DNA of 64,000 nucleotides from Haplodiscus bocki (GCA_965655095.1 OZ296648.1:18724001-18788000); one strand, 5' to 3'; positions 23,763 to 36,310 are shown, numbered from the stretch's first letter. Made by a program: numbers and translations. The notes: a model not told the origin generated them from the letters alone.

Positions 23763-24268
23763 TGTAGTAATATTCTGGCTATAGAAAAACCACGAGACGA
23801 GATGAAACAACATTCTGGGACTGATAAAATAACTCAGTCACACGACGATCACGTGGCAATTCTTGGGCAATTGTAGAACTTTTGCTGGTTTCTGTTCAGT
23901 TTTTCTATCTATTTATCTGGGAACTTTTTGAGTTTTTTCTGATTTTCTACCAATTCAACTTAGGCGTTTCAGTCATCTCAATTCACGAAATTCACTGGAT
24001 ACCTCCAACCAGATGCAGATCTTTTTTCCACAGGCTGGAAGTGTTTGAAGGGAGGAAGTCCCTTGTACTGAAACATTTCCTTAGTTGAGGACAGATGAAC
24101 TTGAAACTTAGCCTCAGAATTCCATGATATTTCAAAAATTTTCAAACCATTTTAACCTTTTAACTCATCTTAACTATTTACTCATAACGTTTATTTATTA
24201 TTGATGGAGATGACCGCAAAATTAGCAGCTCAGAAGAGTAATAATTGAATTACTGAAAAGGTTCTACA
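23763..24268. mobile_element. Possible LTR-like segment
   Basis: TGTAG...CTACA ends, ~500 bp, directly after env. No polypurine tract or TSD is seen, so ownership and orientation are unresolved. Confidence 0.3.
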
Positions 24269-24430
24269 ACTAATCAAAAAGGATTGTGATCCATACATCC
24301 AAGAATCTTGTCCGCTGGCCAATAATTGGCTGTCTCCAAAAGTGTGAAATATGAATCAACACCTGAAAGAGACGTTCAAAACTCCACTCTTCGCTTTTTA
24401 CGCTAGCAATTTCAGGTGCATGAATCAAGT

Positions 24431-25049
24431 GGTTCCACCCCAAAATACACAAACCCAACGTACCCGCACCCGAAATACCCAAGATTGAAACAACGATACC
24501 ATTTAATTAACCAAAAGCATCTTAACATGAAAAGTACCCAATATACCGGAATGTTGAATAGTTACTTAGTTGATATCTTTTTTATGATGCTAAATATTTT
24601 CTTCTTGCAAAGATTTTTACGCCATTATGAATACACTGTACGAAATTACAACCACATCTAGGATCAATTTTGCAAAAACTCACCATTTTGCACTTTAATT
24701 TTTTCCAGAGTTACAAAAATTTTGTTGGTGGTGGAGGTTCACAATTTTTTCTCTCAGTGCCGAAAGTTTTGTGGGGTACCCCCCGTGCATACCCAACTTT
24801 GAACTTCGTGGCGCTTTTCTGTTCAACGTAGTTTTCTATGATTATTTTGACTGGTGATTTTTTGTGAGAACCAATATTCTAAAGCATCAATAAACTTAAA
24901 TAATTTGAGGCGTCTTGAAACTTTTAAATCAAGACGCTGTTATTATTTTAATCAAGTGTGGCTATTTCAATCTTGGGTGTTTTTGGATTTTGGGTTTTTT
25001 GGCCTCGGGTATTTCGGAATTTTGGGTTTGGGTATATTGTCCTGCCACC
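24431..25049. mobile_element. Non-autonomous TIR element (Mutator-like MITE)
   Basis: Perfect 9-bp flanking direct repeat GAATCAAGT (24422-24430, 25050-25058), GG...CC ends, and inverted subterminal arrays (CCCGAAATACCCAAGATTGAAA / TTTCAATCTTGGGTGTTT). Confidence 0.8.
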
Positions 25050-25811
25050 GAATCAAGTAAACTAAGTTATTTAAATATTGTCAAGGTTTTCATTTTAATT
25101 CACATCTTAGTCTTTTTCAAAATGGTGACCATTCATCGCGTGAAGAAATTGTTGATGCTCGAAGCGTCAATTAATTGCAAACTATTCTAAGCGTCGAGTA
25201 ATTGCAAACTTCTAAATGTCAAAAGTTTTGAAATTTCTAAACACTCTGAATTTTCGATGCTTCAAATGTTCAATGCAATGGGAAGTTTTTGTTTAATTCG
25301 CCCAATTCAGTTTTCTTCGGAAGTCGGTGTGATAATTTCACGAATTCCATTTTTATCACTCGTTAATTAGCTTGCCGTACAAAATGGTTGCTAGCAATCT
25401 CTTTGAGAATCTTGCTTTAATCTATAATGCCGATTGTTTCTAAAAAGCAATTTGGCTCTATTAATGATTCGCCAATGCCGTGTGTATCAAAAATAAGTTG
25501 CAGTTCTGGGAAAATATTTTTAGTAGCATTGTAGAACCCAAATTTGGAGTTTTTGAAGTGTACCATAGCGAAAAGCCTCTACAATTATATGAATTCGTCA
25601 ATAGTTTGCTCAAATATAGTCAAATTTTCAGTATGAAAAATGTAGGAAAAGGTAACTATCCCAAAGGGACTGAAATTTTCCAGCAATTATTTTTACTGTA
25701 TTGAAACCGGCTTATGCCAAGTTTTTACACTTGCGGAAGCAAGTGTTATAACACAGTCTCAATTTTTTCCCGATCCCTTCACAACTGACACTAGTTTATA
25801 AAATTTGACCA

Positions 25812-25895
25812 AAGAGGGAGTGGCCTAGGCTCGAACCTGGGACCATTCGCGCCGCAGTCGCATGCTCTACTGACTGTGCCATTGTCGCTTGACTG
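25812..25895 (-). repeat. tRNA-derived SINE-like head
   Basis: Minus-strand A box TGGCACAGTCAG and B box GGTTCGAGCC at tRNA spacing. No clean cloverleaf. Confidence 0.6.
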
Positions 25896-26866
25896 CTACT
25901 CAGTTACAGAAACTCAGTTATTCTTATTCATTTATATGCAATTAAGAGGCGCTATAATATTTCATTCCTCTGATATTTTAAATCCAATTGAAATATTATA
26001 GCGTTTCATACTTACTGCTATGTAAATTTACAAGAATTGAGTGAGTTCTGTACACTTGTTATCAGACGTATTCGTAGTATTGTGGCCCCTTCAAAAATCA
26101 GCTATATTTAGTCGATTTGTTAACTAGTTTTCCTTTGGTGCAAGTGTTGCGAAGTACAGCATCACCTCTGTTTTAATTCTGTTGAAAACTTGCATTTTTT
26201 GACGTCATCAGAGAGTCTAGTCATCTTGTGTAAAAAGTCAAAAATGGCCTTTCCAGGACCTTTGTCAGGTTGTTATTTTCGTGTTCTAAAAAGGGCTAAT
26301 TTTTGAACATGTTTTGAGGAAAGGAACGACAGGGTCCTCAAATGTCATGTTTGACTAATCAATGTTTTGAATATAAGATTATGTGGGTGGCAAAGTGTCC
26401 AATTTTGAGTTGCTTACTGTGCAGATCTCTTGAACACTTGGCTAAAAAGACATAATTGGGAGATCAACTGTTCGAGTATGAGGCATTGTGACAGGTGCTT
26501 TTCTCAATGCAACTTTTGGAACGAACTTTTGATTGACAGCTGGTGTAGTATTTGTAAAAGTGTCAATCACATCTCTGATCATGGTTTCAAATGTCTTTCG
26601 GGATCTTTGATCTCAACTGACAAGTCAGAATGTGTTACGAAGTTCCGCTTCGCTTTTGCGTGCATTTTTTTTGTGGTAAAACTCATTTTTTCAAAATCAC
26701 TGAATCTCGGCATTAAAAACACTCAGAGCGCAACTGCGAAAAACTTTTCTCCCGTGTTATGGATATGACGGCTAAAAATAATCCGGTTTGGCCGTTCAAT
26801 GTTATTCCAGCCTTTGAGTTTATTAATTGACCTACATTTTCAGATATTGAAGTTGGGGGGATTCCG

Positions 26867-27108
26867 ATGAAAAGTGGAAATTCTTTCCGAACCCTTTTGA
26901 GGCATGAGGTCCCTCAGGAATTCCAGGAAGAGTTTGTGGAAACAGGGTTCAGACCAGTGAATAGGCCTTTGTATTATTACCTATGCACAGTATTCACGAA
27001 ACACAACGAGACAGCTAATGTGTGGACGCATCTACTACCCTTCCTAATATTCCTTAGACATTTTTTGCAAATATTAGGAGAAAATAAAGCGGCGTCATTC
27101 CAGCAGAA
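26867..27108 (+). CDS. PAQR-family membrane progestin receptor-like protein, coding exon 1 of 3
   Basis: VP..F.E.FV.TGFRP and HNETANVWTH motifs. Phase-2 donor GTTAGT at 27109. The joined CDS is 990 nt (329 aa). Confidence 0.9.
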
Positions 27109-27157
27109 GTTAGTTAAATTTGAAATAAAATGTTAGAATTCAGTACTGAATTCTGTC

Positions 27158-27345
27158 AGTAGTATTAGGGGGGGGGGGGGGGTTTAGTGCTATTTTGACT
27201 CCTTTGCAAATGTTGCACATTTAGAAACGTTTTGCTGAATTTTGACAAACGAAACTACTTTGACAGCTTGCTGATAAGTGAATCCACTAAAGGCAGCTCA
27301 AATTGGACTTGACAGCTGCCTGACAGCTAAATACACATTGAGTTA
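27158..27345 (+). repeat. Left TIR of element 2
   Basis: AGTAGTATTA-polyG-TTAGTGCTATTTTGAC.CCTTTGCA...TGATAAGTGAA.CCAC...TGACAGCTG matches the reverse complement of 41380-41552. Confidence 0.9.
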
Positions 27346-27784
27346 ATTTTATCTGCGCCCAGTTCAAATGAGGCAAATCTACTGAATTTAATATAACCAT
27401 TATGTAAAAAAGTTTCATAACTAACCTTTAGGTTGGCATGCGGCAATACCCAGTAAAATAACGAATTTTTAGGATCGAAGTAAAATCAAGAAAATTGGTA
27501 ACGTGGTATACAGAGGTAAAATACTAGTTTTACCTCTGCATACCACAAAATTGACTGCTTCGAAGAGTTTCTAGCACAGACTCCAACACGCACGGCAGCC
27601 ACCGTTGGTGCCGCAGATTGCAACCAACAACATGAGACACCGGGCCTGTGCTAGAAATTCTTTTGTATTACTTTAATATTACCGAAAACTCCACAAAAGA
27701 GGAAAATAAAAATTACATAACCGAGATAAGAGTATCTGCTGGCAATTCCAGTAGCTGTGTGCCATTTACTTGAACGCCTCCGCG

Positions 27785-28558
27785 ATGACAAGTATCTTTC
27801 GTGAAATTCCAGGCAATTTCTATTACCTGATATTCTACTGTGAAGAGAATTTCGAAGGCCACCCACTTCCACCACCTTCAAAGACTGCAAAATTATATGC
27901 TGAAACGAATGAAGCCGAATTACCAGGAACACTAAATGAATTCCTTACAAAACTAGTAGCTTCAACGAGCTGTGAATACACTCTAAGACTTCACGCTCAT
28001 GACTGCGAAGATATCTGCTCGGTGATAACAGAGCCCCATTTTCATTTACTGTTTTACATCAGAGTTTCGTTGGCACGGAAAACTATTTCAAAAACACTGT
28101 TGCCCTGACGCTCGGGAACAAAAATGAACTCAGAGACTAAGGTTATGCTGTAGTGTCACATATCCAAAAATATGTTTGAAAAAGGAAATAACGGCTTCAG
28201 CAAAGACCCTCCGAATGTACGGCGACAGGCTGAAAGCCTCTCGGGTAACTTCCGACTTGGGATGTCAATTTAAAGTGATTTGGGAGTTCCAACCAGAATG
28301 CTATTCACCATTCGGTTGCATAGACGACAAAAAAGAGTTGCTTTTTTGTGTAAGAAACTACAGGAACTACAAAAATCCGAAGCAGTTTTCAAAGATTCGG
28401 TTGTGGACTTCATCGACATTCTCATGCGTGGTTTTGGGACAATGGAGGCTTCACATCACAACAGCATACTGAAAGTCGACTTGGGTTGTTCCAATGCTCA
28501 ATGTCAATGTTTCGAATTCCTTGAAGCGCAAAACTCAAGCATTCCATTCTACAGTTGA
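27785..28558 (+). pseudogene. Maverick ORF with an HUH (Rep_2-like) motif, frameshifted
   Basis: FYYLIFYCE...LRLHAHD...EPHFHLLFY; C-terminal CSNAQCQC. Confidence 0.45.
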
Positions 28559-29372
28559 GACGATTTGAACTATCATTCAAATTTATTCACTTTTGTTGAT
28601 GAGAACACTCAATTTTCTTGAACCATTTTAAATTGAAACTTCAATCAAAACGGTCGCTTTTTACCTAATATCAGAGTAATACACCATGCACAGAATTCTA
28701 ACTGCGCAAGAACTAAATGATACTCTGAATAAGATAACATTTCTGTTTCCCAAAAACACTCGACGCAAAAAATGCATTTTTAGCCGTTTGTTACAGTTTG
28801 AACAACGAAATAAATATGCGGTACGTCAGTGAATTCGCCGAGTTTGGAGGACTCATAGGCCCTGGTAACAGCACTTTGGATTTTTTTTCAAATGTTTCAA
28901 AGTGTTTCGGCTTCATGCAATTTTTCATGATGCTTTTGCTTTCATGAAAAAAGTTATAATGTTGGACCTGGTTACGTTTAAGCAATGTCGAAGAAACCAA
29001 TTTTCGCGAACAGTATATTTCTAGGACCTATCACTGGTTTAGCATATTGGCTTGGGATGGAATTCTACAAAAGCTCAGAATACAGAGGCTTTTCACTTTA
29101 ATCATTTTCAGTTCAGCTTCCACAGATGTCAGTCGTGCATTCCTACGTGGAGACATCCATTTCTTTTCCCATTTCGAGTAACACAAACCTGACTCGATGA
29201 ATAAATCCTAGAACGACTTTAGTCTGTTTGGAGCGGCCAGCACTTGCGAGTTGAAAAAATCGATATAATCTAAATCGGATAAATTTGGATTTCACAGAGC
29301 TGCAACGACTTCACCATATTTTAGGTGTTTTACTAAATTTGGCAGGTTATCAGTTTACTTTTATCAACAAAC

Positions 29373-29666
29373 ATGACAAAGAGCCTCACCACTGATGATT
29401 TTCGTGAATCGATCAACATTGAAAACGTTATTTTTGACGAGCAGAAGAAAGAGAGATCTTCCTTTGGGGCAAAATTATGCTGCCTCGAAAAGACTACATG
29501 CAACAGGGTTTTTTTCATTTTGACACTTCACTATTCCATCATTTTTGTGGTTGTTTTGTTCAGTATTGGTTTCTTGACCTTCAATTTTAAAACCGACTAT
29601 CATTCTGGAGTGGTAGCATTGTTATCGGCTTGCATTGGATATATCATACCAGGCCCAAAAGCATGA
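29373..29666 (+). CDS. Small two-TM membrane protein (element 2), intact
   Basis: 97 aa with two hydrophobic segments, ending CIGYIIPGP. Its stop overlaps the ATPase start (ATGA). Confidence 0.75.
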   Translation: MTKSLTTDDFRESINIENVIFDEQKKERSSFGAKLCCLEKTTCNRVFFILTLHYSIIFVVVLFSIGFLTFNFKTDYHSGVVALLSACIGYIIPGPKA

Positions 29667-30337
29667 ACAAAAAAATTAATACCGACCCTCACTGCTTTCT
29701 GTCGGTCATTGGTCCGGGTGGATGTGGTAAAACTCAACTGGTCTCACGGATACTCCTCAACCAAAAGATCATTTTCAAACCCTGCTTCGAGAAATTTTTG
29801 TATTTTTATAAGCATTTTCAAACTGATTACGAATCGCTTCTATTGGGATGCACACGTGAAAAAATTTCAATGGAATTTCATCAAGGACTTCAATGGACAG
29901 CGGTTGACAAGAGTGAGGCTGAGAAGTTAAAAACACTAGTAGTTGTCGACGATCTCTATCAAGATGCTTGCGAAGATGAAACGTTCCTTAACTTGGTTGT
30001 TGCTGGAAGACATCGGAACATACACTTGATGACCCTGAGACATAACATTTACCAACCTGCAAAAAATTCAAAAATGATAGATCTTAGCGTAACACAAATG
30101 ATTCTTTTCAAAATTCCTCGAGACGTTGAACAAATTGGGGTACTGGGTTGACAAATGGGTGACAGAAAACTTCTGGAGGCTTATAAAAGAGCTACGTTAA
30201 AACCTTTTGGTCATTTACTGATTGATTTGGATCCACAAACGCATCCCAAACTGAAATACTGTTCAAATTGTAGCGGAGACCAACCTAGTGTTTTTTCATA
30301 TTTCTACAACCCTAACAAAAGAGATAGTCAAATATGA
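29663..30337 (+). pseudogene. A32/FtsK-family packaging ATPase (element 2)
   Basis: Walker A GPGGCGKT, Walker B LVVVDD, AGRH and KPFGHLLIDL. One in-frame TGA at 30149. Confidence 0.92.
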
Positions 30338-30735
30338 ATCAGCACAACTTTTATATTCTTGAACTGTTCAGTAAATTTAAACCTGTCTTAAAACAGTCAT
30401 TTCTTTTACATTGTCCCACTGAAATCATCAAGCTTTTCTGCAATTGTCTTTTTGACGTTGTACATGGCCAAAATAAAATGAGTGCAGACGTTTCAGCAAA
30501 AGAACTGAAGAGGCATGAAACCAGTATTGCAATTATCTGTAAAAAGAATAGCGGAATTACGAAAAAGCGTCAACTTCTAGCTAGCGGAAGAGGTTTTAAA
30601 CTTCTGAAACTGATCGATTTTTTTGTTCTCAATCATTTGAAGAAACGACTCGAAATTAAGCAGGAGCATGAAAGAATTTGTGTTGATCACGTTGGACGAA
30701 TACAAGTCCCTAATTTCTTCCAAAAATCAATATAA
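30334..30735 (+). CDS. Conserved small Polinton protein
   Basis: Homologous to 9663-9965 (C..E.I...C.C...V..G). Confidence 0.6.
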   Translation: MNQHNFYILELFSKFKPVLKQSFLLHCPTEIIKLFCNCLFDVVHGQNKMSADVSAKELKRHETSIAIICKKNSGITKKRQLLASGRGFKLLKLIDFFVLNHLKKRLEIKQEHERICVDHVGRIQVPNFFQKSI

Positions 30736-31250
30736 TCACGAAAAAACATCCCTCTCGGCATGACAGGACACAACTAGGTCAGAAGACACTCTGAACTCTC
30801 CGACTGATTTGCCAGACAAAAACAATTCCCTGTTCGACAACGAAAAACTCTGCACCCAATTAAATTTGAATTCTAGACTGAAACGAGCACAAATACGGAA
30901 TGAAATAAGTTCTGATGACGCCCTAGCTGACCGGGCCAAAACATTAGCAAAAACGGACCGAATTGTTCTAGATTTATTGTCCTCAGGACTATCTGGTGGA
31001 AAAATTGAGCGGGCAAGGCAGATTCTCCAAAAAGTCGATGAGTGCAATGTCATATCGATCGATCGTAACTCCAGTCGACGGATTCTTCATGGTCGAGACC
31101 TAGGTTTGATGGTATTTGATTTTTTGAATGATTTACAAACAACCGCAAAAAACCTGAATGAAGGAACCCTAGATCTAGGAAGACGGTGAAAATTGCCAAA
31201 TTTTTTAGTTGCAAATACGCATGCAAAACGCGTAGTAACAGAAGTGGCCG
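30668..31250 (+). pseudogene. Conserved Polinton protein upstream of the integrase
   Basis: MKEFVLIT...ISID...ILHGRDLGL...F...L...FLVAN; counterpart of 9967-10359. Confidence 0.5.
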
Positions 31251-31572
31251 ACTATGATTACAACGGTAGAGATGGAAATGGAGGTTGCTCCGCAGTCAAG
31301 TGGCTGCGATTATACTAAGCCGGTGAGCGTAGCTAATTCATTTAACAAGAGACACTTTTCCCAGATATTTGAATGTTCAAGGATCAGAAATGAGGCACAG
31401 AAAAACTGCTGGTGGAACAAAAGTCAAGGGAAAAGTAAAGTACTTCTGTGGAATTTGCGCGAAAGAGTTAGGCAAAGGTTCACGTCAAAAACTTTCTATA
31501 TGATTCAACATTTGTGGTTGGGTACATTTCAATTGCAGCGCTCTTCAACGGGTCGATGACTATAAAAAGACT

Positions 31573-32609
31573 TTGGACTTTCTCTGTTCAAAGTGTTCGG
31601 TGACACGGAAACTTGTCGATCCCACAGCGGAGTCCTCAGCCTACAGCAAAATACATAGCGTTTACACGTCTTGCAACAACCCAGCTGCTTTCGCCGGTAG
31701 AAATGCTCTCAAGAAAAAGTCGAAATGCAGTTACAGACAAGTTGAAAATTATCTAAATCCGAGTGAGACCTAAACCAAAATTCAAACAAACCAGAAATTG
31801 CTTCCGGTTGAAGGTCCAGAGTTTCCGATTGAATGAAATTTGGTCCGTTGATTTGGCCGACATGCAGAAACTATCCCGACATAACCACGGAATTAATTTT
31901 ATTTTTGTAGCAGTAGACACATTGAGCCGCTTTGTCTGGGCGCTGCCATTGAGAAAAGACTGCAACAGAATGTAAAAATGCGTTGCAAAAAATCATGGAA
32001 GCCCTTCGCGTGCGAAATTACAGTTCAAGAGAATTGATGAAACCCAAGTTTCTACGGCTCAATTCAAAAACTGAACCGAAACCTGAAAAAGTTTGGGTGG
32101 ATAAGGACCGAGTGTTTGCCGGTGAATTTTCTCAATTCTGCAGAGAAAACGATATCGAACTTTATTCGACACATAGTGAAACCAAGTCGGCGTTTGCTGA
32201 GCGAAACATCCGATCTTTAAAAGCAATAATTTTCAAATTTATGCTCGAAACCAACACAGACACGTATATCGACATTTTACAGCAATTCGTAAACGTGATT
32301 AATTGTCGAGTGAATCGCACCACGAGGCTAGCGCCAAAAGACGTTGAAAAAAGTGATGTACCGTATCTGATTTCCCTTCAAACTTCCAATCAAATTCGCG
32401 AGCCCAAATACAAGATCGGCCAGCAAGTTCTAATTAAACGAAAAATCGAAACATTTCCTAGAGGGTACCGCAATCAGTTTACAGAGGACGTTTTCACCAT
32501 TACGGCAATTCATACATTGAGCCCTCCCACATACAGCATAAGAGAAGCCAGCAATCAGTTGATCCAAGGAAAATTCTACGAATGTGAACTGACCCCCTTT
32601 CAAAAATAG
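31573..32609 (+). pseudogene. Polinton rve integrase (element 2)
   Basis: EIWSVDLADM, VAVDTLSRF, VWVDK, SETKSAFAERNIRSLK and IQGKFYE.EL motifs; frameshifted. Confidence 0.92.
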
Positions 32610-32649
32610 CCTATTTCAAATTTTTCTAACCGACAACTCATCAAATGAA

Positions 32650-33596
32650 ATGTCATTGAGGGAGTTTACTGTAAATTTAGTGTCCAACGCATCCATGGCG
32701 ACGTTTCCTGACAACACGCTGGCCCATTTCACATCTCTATTACCCCAGCAACTTAGCCTAACTCGTTTCTGGGTAGTGGCGTTAGCCGAAATTGCATGGC
32801 CGGCTGCAATACAAAACATAACATCTGGCCATTTCAAGTATCGAGACGCGCCAGAAGCACGAAAGGACAACGATATAGCAAAAACAGCAGCACAGACACT
32901 CGAAAAAGAAAGCGGAATGGTAGGCCATACAGAATGCTTACAATGTGTGAACTACCAATACGTCCTGTTCAAGAGGCTATCATTGAAAAAGTCGGAAGCA
33001 TCAAACCAGGTGTCTATCTAACCATTGATCAAATTCTGCGTTCAATTTGCTAGAAAATTTTTATAGGGCACGTTGAGGACAACTTTCTCCTCTCGTGGAA
33101 ACTGGATGCCGCATCAGATGCTCTGAAACTCTACTATGAAGTTAGTGAACAAGAGTGTATATTTTTGGAAACCATATCCAAAGACTTGCAGAACGTTTTG
33201 GGGATGAAAACACTGATTGACTGTTCTGAACTAGGCAAAACCAACAGGCAAGCTAACAACTCAGTGCTATCCAAAACCACCGGAAAGCTTCCAATAGACC
33301 TCACTGGTGGCTGCAACACAATTTTTGTATATAGCGCTTTGGTGCAAAATGAAATTTTGGGAGACAGTCGAACTGCTTTGTTGCGAGCCATTCCATTGAC
33401 AGAGAACCTGGCTACTGGGATTCAGCAGCAGCAGAAATATCGGACATTCGGCAACCTCCACTGGCGCCGCGTCGTAAAGTCTAGCATAGAGTATATTTCA
33501 GTGGCGCTCCGGAATGAAACAGGCCACTTGGTTCCGTTTTTCAGTCGTGGTCGGACAAACTTGACTTTGCATTTTCGACAGCGCCTTGAACAATGA
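32650..33596 (+). pseudogene. Minor capsid (penton-like) protein (element 2)
   Basis: LVSNASM..FPDNTLAHF...LP...W.VALAEI, IFVYS.LV...ILGD....LLRAIP and LTLHFR motifs. Confidence 0.85.
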
Positions 33597-33787
33597 GAAA
33601 GAAGACTACTAAACTGAATTTCATCATCATCATCATAATAATAATAATAATAATAATCTTCGTCTTCAACTACCGGCAAAAGGTCTGTACCAAGATCATC
33701 ATCATCGTCAACATCATTACTTTGCAAAACAGTTCAATAAAACAGTCGGACAAAGTGTTACAGGCTACTGCTGCTCCTCTCTTTCAA

Positions 33788-34315
33788 ATGGAGGCACCTT
33801 ATGATTTTCAAATTCGACAGCAACATCAGCAATCTACTTTTCACGGACCAGCGCGACAGTTTGGCTCTGGCGGCATGGGTGCGTTTGCTCTGCGAATGGG
33901 TCGAGTGACGATGCCGTTGGTGAAAAAGTATCTTTTGCCCGTGGCCAAAGAGTTTGGCAAAAACTTAGTTTCTTCATTTGTTCCCGTTTTCTCAAACATT
34001 ATTTCTGGTAAAAAGAGACCTCGGAAAGCTGCTCGAGATGTTTTGAAGCATTCAGCAAACAAAACAATTGCCAAGGCCACCGAGACCCGAGGCGTCGCCG
34101 CGGGCGCCGGAGCGGTTGCTACCGCAGCAGGCGGCGGGCCGGGCGGGCGCGCCAAACGCCGCGGGCGACAGGGCACCCCCAGCTAGAAAAAAAAGTATCA
34201 AAGGCCGCAGCTAATCTTCAGCGGGCATTCCTCCAGTCGGAAAAAACGTCATTCTGAAAGAGTCCCACCAAGAAAAGTCGGTCCGATATTTTATCCGAAA
34301 TCAACTTTAGTTCAT
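33788..34315 (+). pseudogene. Basic core-like protein (element 2)
   Basis: RQFGSGGMG...GR..MPLVKKY..PVAK with an Arg/Ala/Gly-rich tail; homologous to 12092-12447. Confidence 0.6.
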
Positions 34316-34341
34316 AAAAAGAGGCTCCTGGAATATCCACA

Positions 34342-35704
34342 ATGGCAGCAAGTAACAACAATGCAACAGCCTTATTCAGTCGATCAACAGAGATTGCAAA
34401 TCCGGTGACACACAGTGCGCTTGAATTTTTCGAAAGACCAAGCGTTTTGATTAATTACGAGGGATCTTTCGATCAAGAAGTTTTTCTCCACGTAGGCTGC
34501 CCCGGACCCCAATTGGATTTTTTTGTAACCGCTGAAAATAAAAATTGTATCGATCTGAACCGCATTTGCTTGGCTCTAGAAGTGTGCCTCTACCAACCTG
34601 ATGGCACAGAAGAGGTCAAGCCAGCAGATGTTGACATGACGTTTGCAAACAACACGTTAGATTCTTTGTTTTCACACGTTGGGATGTTCTTGAACGGAAA
34701 ATTGGTTTCTAGTCGCAATAAAAACGATCACCACTTAGCATTCTTGGAAACGTAATTGACCACAGACCTTGCCAGTAAACTTACGTGGGCCCCGTGTCAA
34801 GGTTATGAGTACAGAGCGAACGACAAGGCGAACCAAGAAGTGACAGAGAGCTTAACGAGTTCAGAAAGGGCGAACAATTTAATCTCGAGCTGTATGGAGC
34901 ACTACATACAGACTTTTTAGATTGTGAACGGCTTTTGTTGCCGGGAGTTACACTCCAGTTCCGTTTTTACAGATCCCCAAACAATTGCGCAATCGAGACC
35001 GTGGATACGTGGGAGGCAGCAGACATCAAGCGAATTGACCAGACACCGTACGCAGTAGTCATTGCAAGAGCTTCTCTGTTTGTCAACAAAGTTGTCTTGT
35101 CAGATGCTGTCAAAGTCAGCATTGAAAGAGCTTTGACCAAAAGCGCAGCTGTCTACCCATATTTTGAAAGTCTAAACAAAAGTTTCATCATTCAGGCTGG
35201 ACAAAATTGCTTTCTCAAAAAGAATATCTTCGATACCGAACCTGTGCGGAGACTGACTCCTTGTGTGGTCAAAAACAAATTTTTCCGTGGATCAAAAATT
35301 GAATCCACGCCTTTCCAATACAAAAAAATTTCAATTGAGCAAAATCGAAATTCAGCGAGGCAACGTCGTTCCAATTTCTGGCACACCGATTGATACCACC
35401 AAAATCACTCGCCTGTTCAACACAATTTGTGCTCTTGGTTTCACAAGAGGTGGCAATGGAATCGAAATGGCCGATTTTGGAGAGAATCACTACTTTTTTG
35501 GTTTTCGATTTGACTTCGTCAAGAGAAGCTGGTAAAGCTCTCACTTCATTTCCACAGCTCACAGGTGCCGGTATCACATTGAAGTTGAGCTTTGCAGATG
35601 CACTCAGTCATCCGGTAGAGCTTTTTCTTATCGGTGAACGCTTCAGTCAAATCTTTATTGACGCCATGCGCAACATTTCCAAAAACAGCCTCATCAATGG
35701 ATAA
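34342..35704 (+). pseudogene. Major capsid protein (element 2)
   Basis: HSALEFFE, NNTL.SLFS.V...LNG, LLLPGV, NIF...PVRRL and VFDLT motifs. Confidence 0.88.
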
Positions 35705-36310
35705 TTCAACTCTTGCTGAACTAGCCCAAACATGTTGCGCTTCATCGAGATCAAAATTTGTTGGAGTGTGGTCGGCCGACAATTTTGGTTTGATCTATTC
35801 TTTGCTCTGCCGCCGACAAAAAGCTACGATGCAGCAAAAAATGAAATCAAAATAAACGACTCCGTCTTACACGTCTAATCCTACTCCATTATAAACACTT
35901 CACCAGGCGCGAAGCGAATTGGCTTCTTTTACTTCTCTTGTGTGATCAACAACAGCAGAGCAACATTCGAGAGGAAAGAACTTTCTTTTTCTGTGTTTGG
36001 GATCCTTCGGGCCAACCTAAACAACGCTGTCAATTATTCTATGATCAATTGCTGAATATTTCGAAAGAAACTCAATTTAAAGTATATCAAGATCTCAGAT
36101 TGCGAATCCAAGCTCCTCATTCAAACACTTGTGGTCTCTATTGCCTTTACATTACACACTATTTGATTCAAAAAAACTGAACAAGAATCAGCAAGCTGTG
36201 GCAATTTCGATTCCTTTATTTTGTCGGTATTCCAGCCACTGAAGAACTTACAAGATTTGGATTTAGTTTTATTTTGCAATGAACACTATAATACAAACCT
36301 TTTGTACAAA
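35697..36310 (+). pseudogene. Adenain-type cysteine protease (element 2)
   Basis: FVGVWSAD, INTS, WDP.G and IQAPHSNTCGLYCLY motifs. Confidence 0.8.

Noticed and set aside
23743-24268. Confirmed 3' LTR of the env-bearing Gypsy element
   Set aside because: No polypurine tract, no 5' LTR in the window to compare, and several possible TG starts. Kept only as a low-confidence feature.
25812-25895. Functional tRNA gene
   Set aside because: A and B boxes are present, but I cannot form good acceptor and anticodon stems. More likely SINE-derived.
33593-33790. Poly-Ile membrane protein N-terminus (and the poly-Asp/Tyr antisense ORF)
   Set aside because: Translation of a (TCA)n/(TAA)n microsatellite. 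The real core-like ORF probably starts at 33788.
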